A stretch of DNA of 63,833 nt, filler included, from Olpidium bornovanus S191 (lineage: Eukaryota; Fungi; Olpidiomycota): NCBI GenBank assembly GCA_017911155.1. It is 30 parts of 30 records of this genome, joined end to end, with 100 filler letters (N's around TTAATTAATTAA, not from the genome) between each part and the next. Parts side by side here need not be neighbours in the genome. Positions count along the whole stretch, not along the records: positions 46,215 to 50,395 come from JAEFCI010012861.1; positions 50,496 to 53,077 come from JAEFCI010012615.1; positions 53,178 to 55,047 come from JAEFCI010002856.1; positions 55,148 to 58,560 come from JAEFCI010010335.1; positions 58,661 to 60,416 come from JAEFCI010001300.1; 25 more parts are not named here. One strand, written 5' to 3'. The translations under genes and the position numbers were made by a program. Under the pieces are notes generated by a model. The model saw only the letters and a list, made by a program, of their open reading frames with translations, was not told the DNA's origin and searched no databases. Positions 49,237-60,384 of the stretch are shown one piece after another (position 1 is the stretch's first letter; the number at the start of each line of letters is the position of its first letter).

Positions 49237-50395
49237 ATGACCGGAGACTTCGAGTGAGTGTGGGCCCCTTTTCCCTCCTCTTTCCCCGAGCGCTTCCTGT
49301 CGACGAAGCTCGCTGGAAGAGAAGGGAACCTCCTCCGCCCTCTCTCACGAATGGCGCCAGCAGTCTTGAGACGTGGCGTACCCGCAGTCTGGCCCGGAGT
49401 GAGCGAAAGTGGCTGGCGAATTGGGCTACTACCTGACGACGGCAGCCCCGAGTGCCTCCATAGCTTGCCGTTTCCCGCCCTCCGGGACTAACGCGGCAGG
49501 CAGCGGCTACAACGCCGAGAAGGTCATGCTGAACAGGTGTTTTTTTTTTATAACGGTGGACCTTGCGGTTTTTGTCCCGTCGTATCTCCACCTTTCCAGG
49601 AAGCTGACCGTTTCTGAGCTGCGCACGGAGCTGAGGCAGCGGAAGCTCTCGACGTCAGGACGCAAGTCAGAGCTGGTCCTCCGTCTGATCCAGAACGCCG
49701 GGGAGACTGAAGACGACACTAGCAGCGACGACGGCCTAGCCGACGCATCGGCCGTCGAAAAGGACATCGTTACTGCGGACGAGCCGGGCGATGGTGAGGG
49801 GCCATACCTCTTGACACGCAGTGCCCTCGATGGGTGGTCTGCAATTCTCCGGACTAGCGAGATTTGGGGCCCCGATTGCTGACTCGCCGCAATTTTTCCG
49901 GCAAGATCCCATCGCCGCCAAGCGGCGAAAACTGGCAGATTACCGGAACGGGATAACCATCTATAGGCACCCGCACATCGTGCTGAAAAATTTTATCCAC
50001 TACCTGGCCCATGAGGCGAAGGTGGTATCGTTGTACCTTGTATCACACCGGTACATCCTCCCGGTGTCATCACTGGCTGCGCTCGTGTCGTATCTGGGGT
50101 ACACAGTCCCAGGGCCCCACCAGTCGGTGAGCTGATAACATTTTTTTGCGGCGCGGATCCGCTGGGTTCGTTCCGCATCTCGCTAAAACGAGTCTCTTCC
50201 GCTTGCGGCTTCCAGACTGTCCAATACATAGAGGACATGTTCTTATGGTACGGTTATTGGGTCATACTTGGGATCATGTCGTCTGTCGGCCTCGGGACTG
50301 GATTGCACACCTTCGTCCTCTTCCTTGGTCCGCACATTGCCGAGGCTACCCGAGCAGCATATCTGTGCGGAAACCTTAACTTCGAGGTCAGCGGC
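49237..50395 (+). CDS. VMP1: Vacuole membrane protein 1 (VMP1/TMEM49) with N-terminal SAP domain, 3'-partial
   Basis: Exons 49237-49253, 49504-49536, 49600-49793, about 49908-50126 and 50216-50395 splice in frame. SAP: [32 protein letters not shown]1: [29 protein letters not shown]. Confidence 0.88.
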
Positions 50396-50495
50396 NNNNN
50401 NNNNNNNNNNNNNNNNNNNNNNNNNNNNNNNNNNNNNNNTTAATTAATTAANNNNNNNNNNNNNNNNNNNNNNNNNNNNNNNNNNNNNNNNNNNN

Positions 50496-51629
50496 CATGA
50501 CCTTGGCCGTCGAACCGTTTCGCAGGTAATCCGCCTTCCCCGCCAAACCCGATGAGACGTTGTAATAGGATTCCCCCCCTCCGCTCTCCACGCACGCCAC
50601 CCCGGGGCCACCGTCCACCCTTCCCCCGGGGGTCTCTTTTGGAAATGAACCAAAAAACGGAAAAGAAAAGAGAAAACGACACTTTCCGAGCGGGGACGCG
50701 CGCGCACGAGAAACAACAGACCTCTTTGACCATCGACATGAACATGTCCCGCATCGTGTCGGCGGACGGCGCGCGGATCAGCTTGTCGGCGGGGAAGTCG
50801 GAAAGGTGCGCGCACAGTTCCCACGGCAGGGGCGGCCGCAGTATTTCCTCTCGACCGTCTGCCGCCGGCCCGGACAATTTCGCCTGTAGGTCGTAGAGCA
50901 GACCTATCGGGTAGTGCCTGCAATGCACGGGCCGGTGGATTTTTGCCGGAGGACCCGTCAGAAGGGCGGCACCCACACTGCGGGGGGGGGCTTTGCGTGG
51001 GTGCGCGGGCGTCTGCGTGTGTGTGCGTGTGTGCGTGTGGGGGGCGCATTGTCCTCCGCTTTCCCCTCTTACCACTTCAGCGGGACGCCCTCGCACGTGT
51101 ACCAGATGTCCTGATCCGGCGTCGTGAACGGCACTTTTGAATCAACCAGGTGCGCCTTGATCGCGCCGGTCAGAGCGACAGGCAAGTACGAGCACCTCGG
51201 GACGGTGGCCTGCGTGAGGGAGTGGTGCGCGGCGGGGGACGGGAGCGTGGGTGACTCTCGGCGACTGAGGAGCTCAGAGGGAGGGAATGTGGGGGGGGAA
51301 AGGGATAAAGGCGTCGGGCGCGCGGGCATCGCGGCATGGGTGGCAGGGGCGCGGGAGGGCTTGGAAAGCAAGCCAGCACGCACGTAGTGGGGATCGACGG
51401 ACCCGGCGGCGCCGGCGGCGGCGAGGTCGGCGGGGTCGAAGGCGACCCTGACGGGGAGGGTGCCGCCCCAGACCGCGCGGGCGACGGCGGTGAGCGGCGA
51501 AGCGTCAACGTCGGCGGCCGAGGCGGCAGGGCGCGGCGGGGCTCCTCCGCCTCCTCCTCCTCCGCCTCCTTCTCCTCCTTCTCCTGCCGCTGCTGCCGGT
51601 GCCCCGGCGCGGGAGTTCGGCGACTGCAT
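50496..51629 (-). CDS. ATG5: Autophagy protein 5 (3'-partial)
   Basis: VWGGTLPVRV, VPRCSYLP, WYTCEGVPLKW|HYPIGLLYD, PWELCAH...FPADKL and MSMVKE|ADYLRNG. Confidence 0.95.
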
Positions 51630-51799
51630 GGCGCCCGCGCGGGCCGCGCACTTTCTCTCTGTCTGCGCGCGTGCGGCTCTTATCCTTTTTTTTTTTTTTT
51701 TTTTGCGTTTCTCCCTCAAGCGTGAAACCGTGGCGCGGAGGAGGCGAGTGAGGAAACAGGATAAACAAGCAAAGTTGAGAGAAACAGGCGGCCGTCGCC

Positions 51800-53077
51800 A
51801 TGGGCAAGAGCGCGTCGTGAGTCTCTCGCTGCCTGCCTTCCTGCCTGCCTGCGGCACGTTCCCCCCCCCGGCGGTTCTTGCCGAAACGGCGCGTGCCGAG
51901 AACCCTCGCGCCCGTCCGGGTCTCGCTGAACGTGCGGCCGTACTTCCGTCCACTTTTTACCCGCCCGGGTCCCTTTCCTGCTTAGCAAAGATGACGGCAG
52001 CCGCGGCCTCCTCGCGGCCCTGCTTCCTAACGAACGCGATGCTCTCCTCGCTTCGTGGCACCACCTGGTCTCTTTTTCTTCCTCGGGAAGCAAGCCGGAG
52101 TCGGCGGCGTCTGTGAACCGTGGCCACCACGGCGACCGCGCGTCGGCGGACGCGTTCGAGGTGCGGACAGGCTGGCCCCCCTCCCTCCTTCCCTCCTCCG
52201 TCGTCTGATCCTCACGCGCCTCGAGCCGCCGTGGGATCCCGCCTGCTCCCTCGGTGTTCGCTTTCCGAAGCCCGCCTGAAGTCCGGGAAGTGGAACCCTG
52301 TATCGACCTTTCCCAGGTGCACTACGCCGGGCTGCCGGGTGGGCTCCGCCGGCGACTGGTCCAATATTTCGTGAAGCTTTCCGGCGGCCCTCCGGCCTCG
52401 GGCGATAAGAGGTCGGCGAGGTCCGTGTCGAAGGCAGCGTTTGTCAACGGGGCCGTGGCGCTCGCGCGGGGTGACCGGGAGGCAAAGCAGGAGGCGCTGT
52501 ACGCGTTGGCCGACCTTGAGTCGGCCGGGTGCCTCCGGTCGCTTGTGGCAGATCTCGTGGAGGGCGGGCTCTCCGCGTACAGCATGCGAGGCCAGCTGAA
52601 GGAGGGTCTGCTCCAGAACCGAAGGGATGACTCGCAGAGGCTGGTGGAGAACCTCTTGGCCGCACCGGTGGAAAGGCCGTACGGCGACGACGACGGCGGG
52701 GGCGACCAGGCCGACAGGGAGAGGGAAACCTGGCTCCGCAAGTGCGCCGGCGAAAACGGCGAGTCCGTTTCGAGGGACGAGTTCGCGACCTGGTTTTCGC
52801 GTTCCGCGGACCTCCTGCGGTTGCTCGAGACCTGGGCGGAGTACGTTTTCTTTATCGCCGCAGAACCCAGCCCGACAGGTGACGTTGTCGGCGTCTCCAG
52901 GGCCCGGGAGAAGGCTGCTGCAGCTCCCGCGCTTGCCGTCTCTCCCGAAACCGGAATGTCGTCTGCGCGCCTGTTGTCTCTTGCGGACGCGTGGCTACTG
53001 CACGGGAGCCTGCCGGCGGAATCTAAGCTGGAGTGGAAAATGCTGTACAATTCGTCGGCGGGAAAGTCGTGGCATGC
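51800..53077 (+). CDS. N-myristoylated TLDc-domain protein (MEAK7/TLDC1/Rtc5-like), 3'-partial
   Basis: First exon MGKSAS (MGxxxS) ending at GTGAGT; LLPNERDALLASW; EF-hand-like middle; WKMLYNSSAGKSW at the start of TLDc. Confidence 0.75.
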
Positions 53078-55646
53078 NNNNNNNNNNNNNNNNNNNNNNN
53101 NNNNNNNNNNNNNNNNNNNNNTTAATTAATTAANNNNNNNNNNNNNNNNNNNNNNNNNNNNNNNNNNNNNNNNNNNNCCGCGCGGTCCCGGCGGCTGGGC
53201 AAAAAAAAAAAAAAAAAAAAAGTCAAAAAGAAACAAATAAAAAAAAGAATTTTTTTTCTTTCCTGTCTCCCTGTCGCACCACCGCCCCCGCTTTTTCTCT
53301 CCCTGCCCAAATTCCCCGCTGCTGCTGCGGCTGCTGCGGCGCCTGGTGGAAAACAAAATGGGGGCTAAGGTCGCTTGCTTGAATCCCCTCCCTCCCGCAC
53401 TCCGCGTAAAGAGGCCTCGCGGGCGGGAGAAGGATGGTAAAGGGGGGACGGCGTTGAGGGTGAGGGAGAAGGGACGGCGGGAGGAGCAGCCTCCCACTTT
53501 GGTCGGCGCAAACCAAACGTACATTCCCGCCTAACCCCACCCCACCCGACCCCACCCCCAAAAAAATTCCCTGCGGAGGCGGCAAACTCCGGTAAAGCGT
53601 GTTGTTCGCGCGTCGCGGGACCCCACCACCGCTTTTTTTTTTCGCGCCGTTTTCTCGTTCGGGCGAAGATTGCATAGCAGCTTGACGTCCAATTCTGTGG
53701 CATCCTTGCCTGGGGGGCACCTCTTCGCCCGGCGAAGTGAAAGTTCAAAGCGGTTTCCCGCGGAGATGTCCGCGTGATATCAGCCGCCAATGCCGACGTC
53801 GTGATAAAAACTGCGGGGATTCAGCGACGCACTGGCGATTTTCCCAGAGTTAATCTCCCTGGCGCTAGCTGCAGGTCCAGAAATTTGACGTGGGTCCGAA
53901 TTTGCCCTTTGTCTTAATGCGACGGGGACCGTTTCAATTATTATTACTATTATTATAGTTTTTTTTTTGCCGGTAGCGTTGCTTCCCTCTTTTGGGCCCT
54001 TCGTCTTGCTTCGATGCGCGTGATCCGAATCGGACAATTTCTAAGGATCCGAAAGGGAGTCGAGGGGGTTTTCTTGTCCAAACGCATTCCACACTACGTG
54101 CTGGCCGTGACCACACGTGCGCAAAAATTGGCTTTTGGAGGAAAAGGCCCGGGAATCCCACGAAATCTCTCGAAGGTCGTGTGTTCACGCGTCACACACA
54201 ATGTTTCAGACCATTCGATGTGTCGTACTGCCTGACGTCGCGCAAGGAATGCACAGACCCAGTTATGCAGTAGATAATCCCCGTAACGGGTACGGAGACA
54301 AATCAACGCAATCTGGCTAAAGCCGCCCGCTGAAATTATTCAACGTGTGAAATCCAATGCTGGTAAACTTTCCAAAAAGTTAAAACGACGAACTCGGTAG
54401 AAATCGTAAACAAATTATCCTTATTTTTCTACGCCATGGCCGGATTCTCTGGCTGACGCGAAGTTTGCTGGTCAAAACACGTCGAATGTCGTGTAATTAC
54501 ATACGCGGACTCCGACGTGATGACATTACTTTTCAAAGCAGTGCGAGACAAAGCAATACGCCCGATGCGAGCGCCAGTTCCACGTGAAGTCTTTAGAGTA
54601 CATTTGACAAATTTGAACTTCGTACTCTTTCTGCCCTCGTTCCTCAACGTCCCCTCAAATGCGGGTGCAGATTGTATCTGTGCTTAGCTCCTTGGAGTAT
54701 GAGTGGTCATAGGTTCGCGTATCCTCTTCAGAAGCACCATTATTTTTCCATGATCCAGGGCCGCCGCTCCGCCTCCTCCGGGTTCTCGGCCTTCGATTTC
54801 ATTTTGGACAACGCGTCCTTGTCTGGAACCGCGACTCCCCGCTTTACGGCCGGGCGCTCGTGCACGCGATGGGCCCACGCTGATGGAAAACAGAATGACG
54901 CAAGAAATGTCAGGGAGCAAGACTGTCATGAGCAATACCGCCAATTTAGACGATGCCCAGACTTCGCCGCACAGCAGTCGGCGAACGATTGCTACGTAGT
55001 GGTCGCACCTTTCAGATTTGCGTATTCGTCCAAATTTTGCGCGACGCNNNNNNNNNNNNNNNNNNNNNNNNNNNNNNNNNNNNNNNNNNNNTTAATTAAT
55101 TAANNNNNNNNNNNNNNNNNNNNNNNNNNNNNNNNNNNNNNNNNNNNAACGAGGTGCACTGCGCACATCACGCTCCTGAATTCACCCCTGGAATCCCCTC
55201 CATAAAACCGGGTAGACCGGCGGAATACAGACGCTCTTCGGAGCTCCTTCGAACCCGAATTCAACAGGGCAGGGCGGGAGAGAAGTGCAGGGGAAAGAAA
55301 ATAAGAGAGAGAGAGAAAGAGAGAGAAAAAAAAATCTCCTCTCTCTTCCCCCCACACCCCCCCCCCTCCCCCCCCCGCAGCCCTCCTCTCTCGCGGGGTT
55401 CCTTTTTTTTTTCCAGTGAAAAGAACTGCAGGGCCCCCATTCACAGAGCGAGAAAAAAAAAAATACAAACCAAAACGCGCAAACAAGCGTGTCGGATCGA
55501 AGCGCTTCTCTGCGCGCGGGAGGGGAGGGTAGGGGGACAGAGGTGAGGCGGGAGGAGGGGGAAGAAGGAGAGGGGGGTATCTGGGTCTATTTGGGAAAAA
55601 AAAACAACTCTGAATCGATGTCTCTTTGACAGGAGAGAGAGAGAAT

Positions 55647-55693
<47 letters not shown>

Positions 55694-55906
55694 GGAGAGG
55701 AGAGGAGGGGCGGGGGTGACGAAAAGCAGAAGGAGGAAAAAAAAAAAGGCGGGGGTGGGGAGAGGGCATGATGTTTGGGAGAGGACTTGTTGGGAACAAA
55801 AAAAAAAAAAAAAAAAAAAAAGTAGAAATTATACAGATGACGACGTTAGAGGGGGTGAAGGGGAGATGGGGGGACCCGCGGTCCGCAGAAAAAAAGGTGT
55901 CTTTTT

Positions 55907-58494
55907 CTAAGAAAATTCCGCCGAGGGCCACAAATCACCCGGCGGAACGGGCTCGACGTCCGCGCCCGGCGGCGGCGACGGCGGCGGCAGCGGCAGCGGC
56001 AGCGGCAGCGGCAGCGGGTCCTCCGCGTCTGCACCGCCCCGCTCCTCCGCGGCCGGGCCGTCGAAAACCGCCGCCGCCGCCGCCGCCGCCGCCGTCGGGG
56101 CGGCCGGAGGCGGCGAGGACGACGGCGGCGACGTGGGGGCCGGGTACCCGCCGGCTTCGTGCTGGCGCAGGTCGATCTGCTCCGAGAGCATCCGCTGGAT
56201 CCTGTGGTCGGGGATCGGCTCCTCGCTCTCGGACCTGCCGGTCATCTCCTCCTCGGCGCCGCTCGACGACGCGACGCGCCTCGCCGACGACGAAGGGCCG
56301 ACCGACGAGGACGACGACGTCGAGAACTGCGTCGGCGGCCGCCCGCGCTTCTTCCGCTCGGCGTCGACGCACTGCTCCGGCTTGCCCAGCCGCAGGCACC
56401 GCCCGCACGGCCGGTTGACGTCGCAGGCCACGTGCGACGATTTGCACGCCACGCACGCCTTCAGGACGTACACCTTGCCCCCGCGGCCCGCCGCGGTCCC
56501 GCCCTCGCCGCCGCCGGCCCCGCCGTCCGCCTCCTCCCCCTGGGGCGCCTCTCCGGAGTTCCACCCCGCCGTCGACGACCGCCGCCTCGGCCGCTCGGCG
56601 GACGTCCGCCACTTCCTTGTTCCCGCTTTGCTCGGTTGACGCGACGTCGACGGGCCGGCGGCGGACGACGTCCGGTTCAAATTCTCGATCTCGCTTTGCA
56701 CGAGCGTCGAGAGCTCCTGTGAGAGCAACTGGTTGACGTGACCTGGCGCTTGCGGGTGCATATTTGGTGGCGGGTACTGGAGACGCCAGACACACAGAAG
56801 AACACCGGGGATCAGTGGATTCCAGCGAACCACCAACGTCGCGGAGCGCGGCCGGCCACGAGCGGCACGCGAAACCAAGGCTGAACCGGGGACGCAGAAA
56901 GCAGCCTCTGAGCGCCCGTGAGTTTCATCGTTTGTTGCGCATTGCCGACGCACTTCGCTGCCACTTCGTCAATTTTTATGTCCCTTTCATTCTGCACTCT
57001 CAGCATCAAACGGTTCCCTCGACGTCGCGCCGCAGTCCCGGCGCTTGTCGGATCCGTCCTTTTCTGTCCCACGCTTTCTGTACAATCTGCCGGTTCCTTC
57101 CTTCTCCCCTCCCCCCGCCCGGCTCCCGTTGAAACCTACTTGAGCATAATAGTACCCGGCGTCCAGCGACACGTACTTGGGCTGATATCCTGCCATCTGG
57201 TTCAGCTGATGCTGTTGTTGGGGCTGCTGCTGGTGCTGCGGTTGGTGCTGTTGCATTGGCACCTGGGCCGCTTGGTGGGGCAGGCCGTAGACGGCGGTGG
57301 GCATCTGGTACTGCTGGGAGTACTGCGGCTGCTGGACCTGCAACGAGGGCGGGTACGGTACGTATTCCGGTCTCACGGGCGGGATCGCCGCAGCGTACTG
57401 GTAATACGTCGGATGCAAGACGTTCGCGCCCGGCGCTGCCGCTGCCGCCGCCGCCGCTGCAGCCGCTGCCGTCGTCGTCGAGGTGCCGTTGGCCGGCGGG
57501 GAGTACACGTCCGCCATTCTTGCCGCGTTCGCCTGCTCCTTCAGCGGAGAGAGGGTCAGCAGGGCCGATATCGAAGTCGGCGGGTGGTACACCCGCGTGC
57601 CGAGGTAGAACGGCTGCTGCTGCGGCTGTTGGGGGGCTGGCTGTTGCAGCGCCGGGTATCTCAGATAGGGCTGCGGTCGGAGCGGGTCGGAAGGAGGAGG
57701 GGGGAACGAAGACGTGACGACGGAGGGATTCGAAAGTAGACGAGGAGATGGGGTGAGCGGGGAAAGAAGCGCAGGTCAGGCGGGTTTGCCTCTTGATCAA
57801 AGAGGCCGGAGTGAAAAAACGAAGGTGAACCGGGGCAAGGACGCTTTCCCCGGACGAACCGCACCGCGCCCGGTCACGGCCGCTCCGGGCGGGCTTTCCG
57901 CCGCCTTCTACCCCGTCTCAACATCACCCACTCCTCCGCCTCCTGCCTTCTTCTCCCCCCCCCCACCCTCCTCCTCCCCCAACTTCCTTCCCTTCCGCCC
58001 TTCCCGCACCCGCTCCCACTCCGAAAGACGGAGAGAGAGAGAGAGAGAGAGAGGGGACAAGGGGGGGGGGGGTGAGAAAGGGGAAAAAGAGAGAGGGTGG
58101 GGGAAGGTAGAGAGAGGAGAGAGGGAGGGCGAAGAGAGAGTGAGAAACAGAGCGAGAGAGAGAAATTGAGAACACGTACGTGGTATCCCTCCGGGGTGGA
58201 ATAGCTGGACGTGGCACTGTTCTGGGCAGCGTACTCGGCGGCGGCGTCGTACGCGACGGCGTCCTGCGGAGGCGGCGGCGGCGGTGGGTGCTGCTGCTGC
58301 TGCATCAGCAGCTGCTGCTGGTGCTGTCGCCGCTGCTGCTGCTGCTGGCCGGCGGCGACGGCCTGGGTGCGGGCGGGATCTGCCCGGGCGGCGGCGGCGG
58401 CGGCAACGAAGCGCCCCGGGGGCAGGGCGGAGAGCGCGCACGCCTGGTGCGGCACGTGGGCGTCCTCGGCAGCGGCCGCCGACTGGTCCTCCAT
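55907..58494 (-). CDS. Zn(II)2Cys6 transcription factor (Gsm1/Ert1/AcuK-like cluster) with long Q/A/P-rich N-terminus
   Basis: Exons 58494-58180, 57670-57140 and 56776-55907 join through phase-0 GT-AG introns. Contains KACVACKSSHVACDVNRPCGRCLRLGKPEQCVDAERKKRGRP. The 3' end is uncertain. Confidence 0.85.
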
Positions 58495-58660
58495 CGGTGG
58501 GGAAGAGCGGGAAAGGAGGGGGCGGGAAGGGGCGCGGTTCGGGTCGGGGTTTGGGGGCGGNNNNNNNNNNNNNNNNNNNNNNNNNNNNNNNNNNNNNNNN
58601 NNNNTTAATTAATTAANNNNNNNNNNNNNNNNNNNNNNNNNNNNNNNNNNNNNNNNNNNN

Positions 58661-59833
58661 CATGACGTCCTCCTTGTCTCCCGTCTGGATTCCCAGAATG
58701 TGATCGTAGAGGACCTGGCAGGCTTCGCCGAGGCCGTTTTCGGGGCCGCACTTCACGGTGACGTCGCCGTAGGCGATGTGGCTGACGGGGTTGAGGATGA
58801 CGGCGGTTCCCACGGCGGCCACCTCGTCGAATTCGCCGTCGGCGCCCTCACGCCACTCGACGGGGCGGCGCTCGACGGTCCAACCGGGGAAGGTCGCCGC
58901 GAGCTCGAGCACGGACTTGCAGGTGATGGAGGGCAAAATCGAGTCGGACTCGGGCGCCACCACGGTGTAAGCGCCGGGTCCCGCGTGCCGGACGGCGAGG
59001 AAGTTGGCGCTGGAAAACTCCTCGACCAAGGTGCGCGTTTTGGAATCCAAGAAGAGGAGAACGGAGTATCCCTCTTTCTTCGCCCGGCGGCCGGGCTCCG
59101 TGGCTGGAGCGTAGTTGCCGCCCACTTTGAAAGAGCCGGTACCGAGCGGTGCCGCTGCGGACCCACGAACAGTCGGGACGGCGACGGGGCCCCCTCGCCC
59201 CAGGGGACAAAGGGAACGTTCGGACGGCGAACAAGGACGAGACGAGAGCGTCAAAAAAGAGCAGAATCACACAAACGCTGCCCGGCCGGGAAAGCATCGG
59301 TCATAACAACGGCTGCGGAGGCCGCCGGAAAGGAAAAAAAAAAACAAAACGGGCCTCTGTCGAAATCCTCGGGGATCATGGCCTTCATGGCCTTCATGAC
59401 GCCCTGCTGCGAGTAGAACGGAGCGACGGGGGACACGTAGACGATAAAGTCGAAGTTGTCGGCGGCGACCAGCCCCAGGGTGGGCCCGTTCGCCAGCAGC
59501 AGGGGGCGGATGTACAGGGACGCGCCGGAGCCGTAGGGCGGCACGAACTCCATGTTCTCCGCGACCGCCCTGTAGCAGGCGCTGATGAAGAGGTCGGCGG
59601 GGGGCGGGACCATGCCCAGGCGCTGCGCCGAGCGGATCATCCTCGCCGCGTTCTCATCCGGCCGGAAGAGGCGTACGCGCCCGTCCTTGCAGCGGAAGGC
59701 CTTGAGGCCTTCGAAGCACTGGTTTTTTTTTTGATTTGGCAAGGGTCGCAGAGTGTGAGAAAAACGAAAAAACGAATGCGACCCGGGGGGGAAGGAACAG
59801 AGGAGAACGGACCAAAACTTCCCCCCTCCCACT

Positions 59834-59884
<51 letters not shown>

Positions 59885-60190
59885 CCCCGCCCCCCGCCTT
59901 CCTCCTTCGCGCGAGGAGCCGGCGGGTCCCTTTTCTTTTTCCTCTTCCGTTACCTGCTGGCCGTAGTTGAGCGAGGCGGCGCACACGTGCACCTGGACGT
60001 ACGGCTCGCTCACGGAGACGCCGGCGCTCCAGGCGCGCGTCTCGGCCGACCACGAGTACCTGATGTAGGAGTTGGTCCGGCGGAAGTCGAACCCCACGAC
60101 CTTCCAGTCCAGGGCCGCCTCGCCTCCCGCGGCGGCGAGGGCGTCGGGGGCGTCGGGGGCGGGGCCGCGGGCGTCGGCGGCCTGCGTCAT
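58661..60190 (-). CDS. Branched-chain amino-acid aminotransferase, bacterial/plant IlvE-II type (3'-partial)
   Basis: LDWKVVGFDF, LNYGQQ|CFEGLKAFR, VPPYGSGASLYIRPLL, GTGSFKVGGNYA, VEEFSSANF and SILPSIT. Confidence 0.93.
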
Positions 60191-60347
60191 GGTTTCAGTC
60201 CCTCTGGCTTTCTCTCTCTCTCTCTCTCTCTTTCGCCCTCTTTTCGTCCGACGGGGCGGGTGGGCTGGGTAGGGGAAAAGGCGGGGGCGGGTGGGCGGCG
60301 TGGGAGGGACGGTCTCTGCTTTGGGGGGGGGGGGGGGGGGGGGGACC

Positions 60348-60384
<37 letters not shown>

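Noticed and set aside
49237-51629. Apparent autophagy cluster (VMP1 next to ATG5)
   Set aside because: The two genes are on different contigs separated by an artificial spacer (50396-50495), so the adjacency is arbitrary.
54429-54647. KFKFV...GARIGRIAL, weakly like a tRNA-guanine transglycosylase N-terminus
   Set aside because: The following TP motif was not found and there is no convincing splice path; the evidence is too thin.
29116-60190. Two class-IV aminotransferases in one window
   Set aside because: They are on unlinked contigs and belong to different subfamilies, so the co-occurrence is coincidental.
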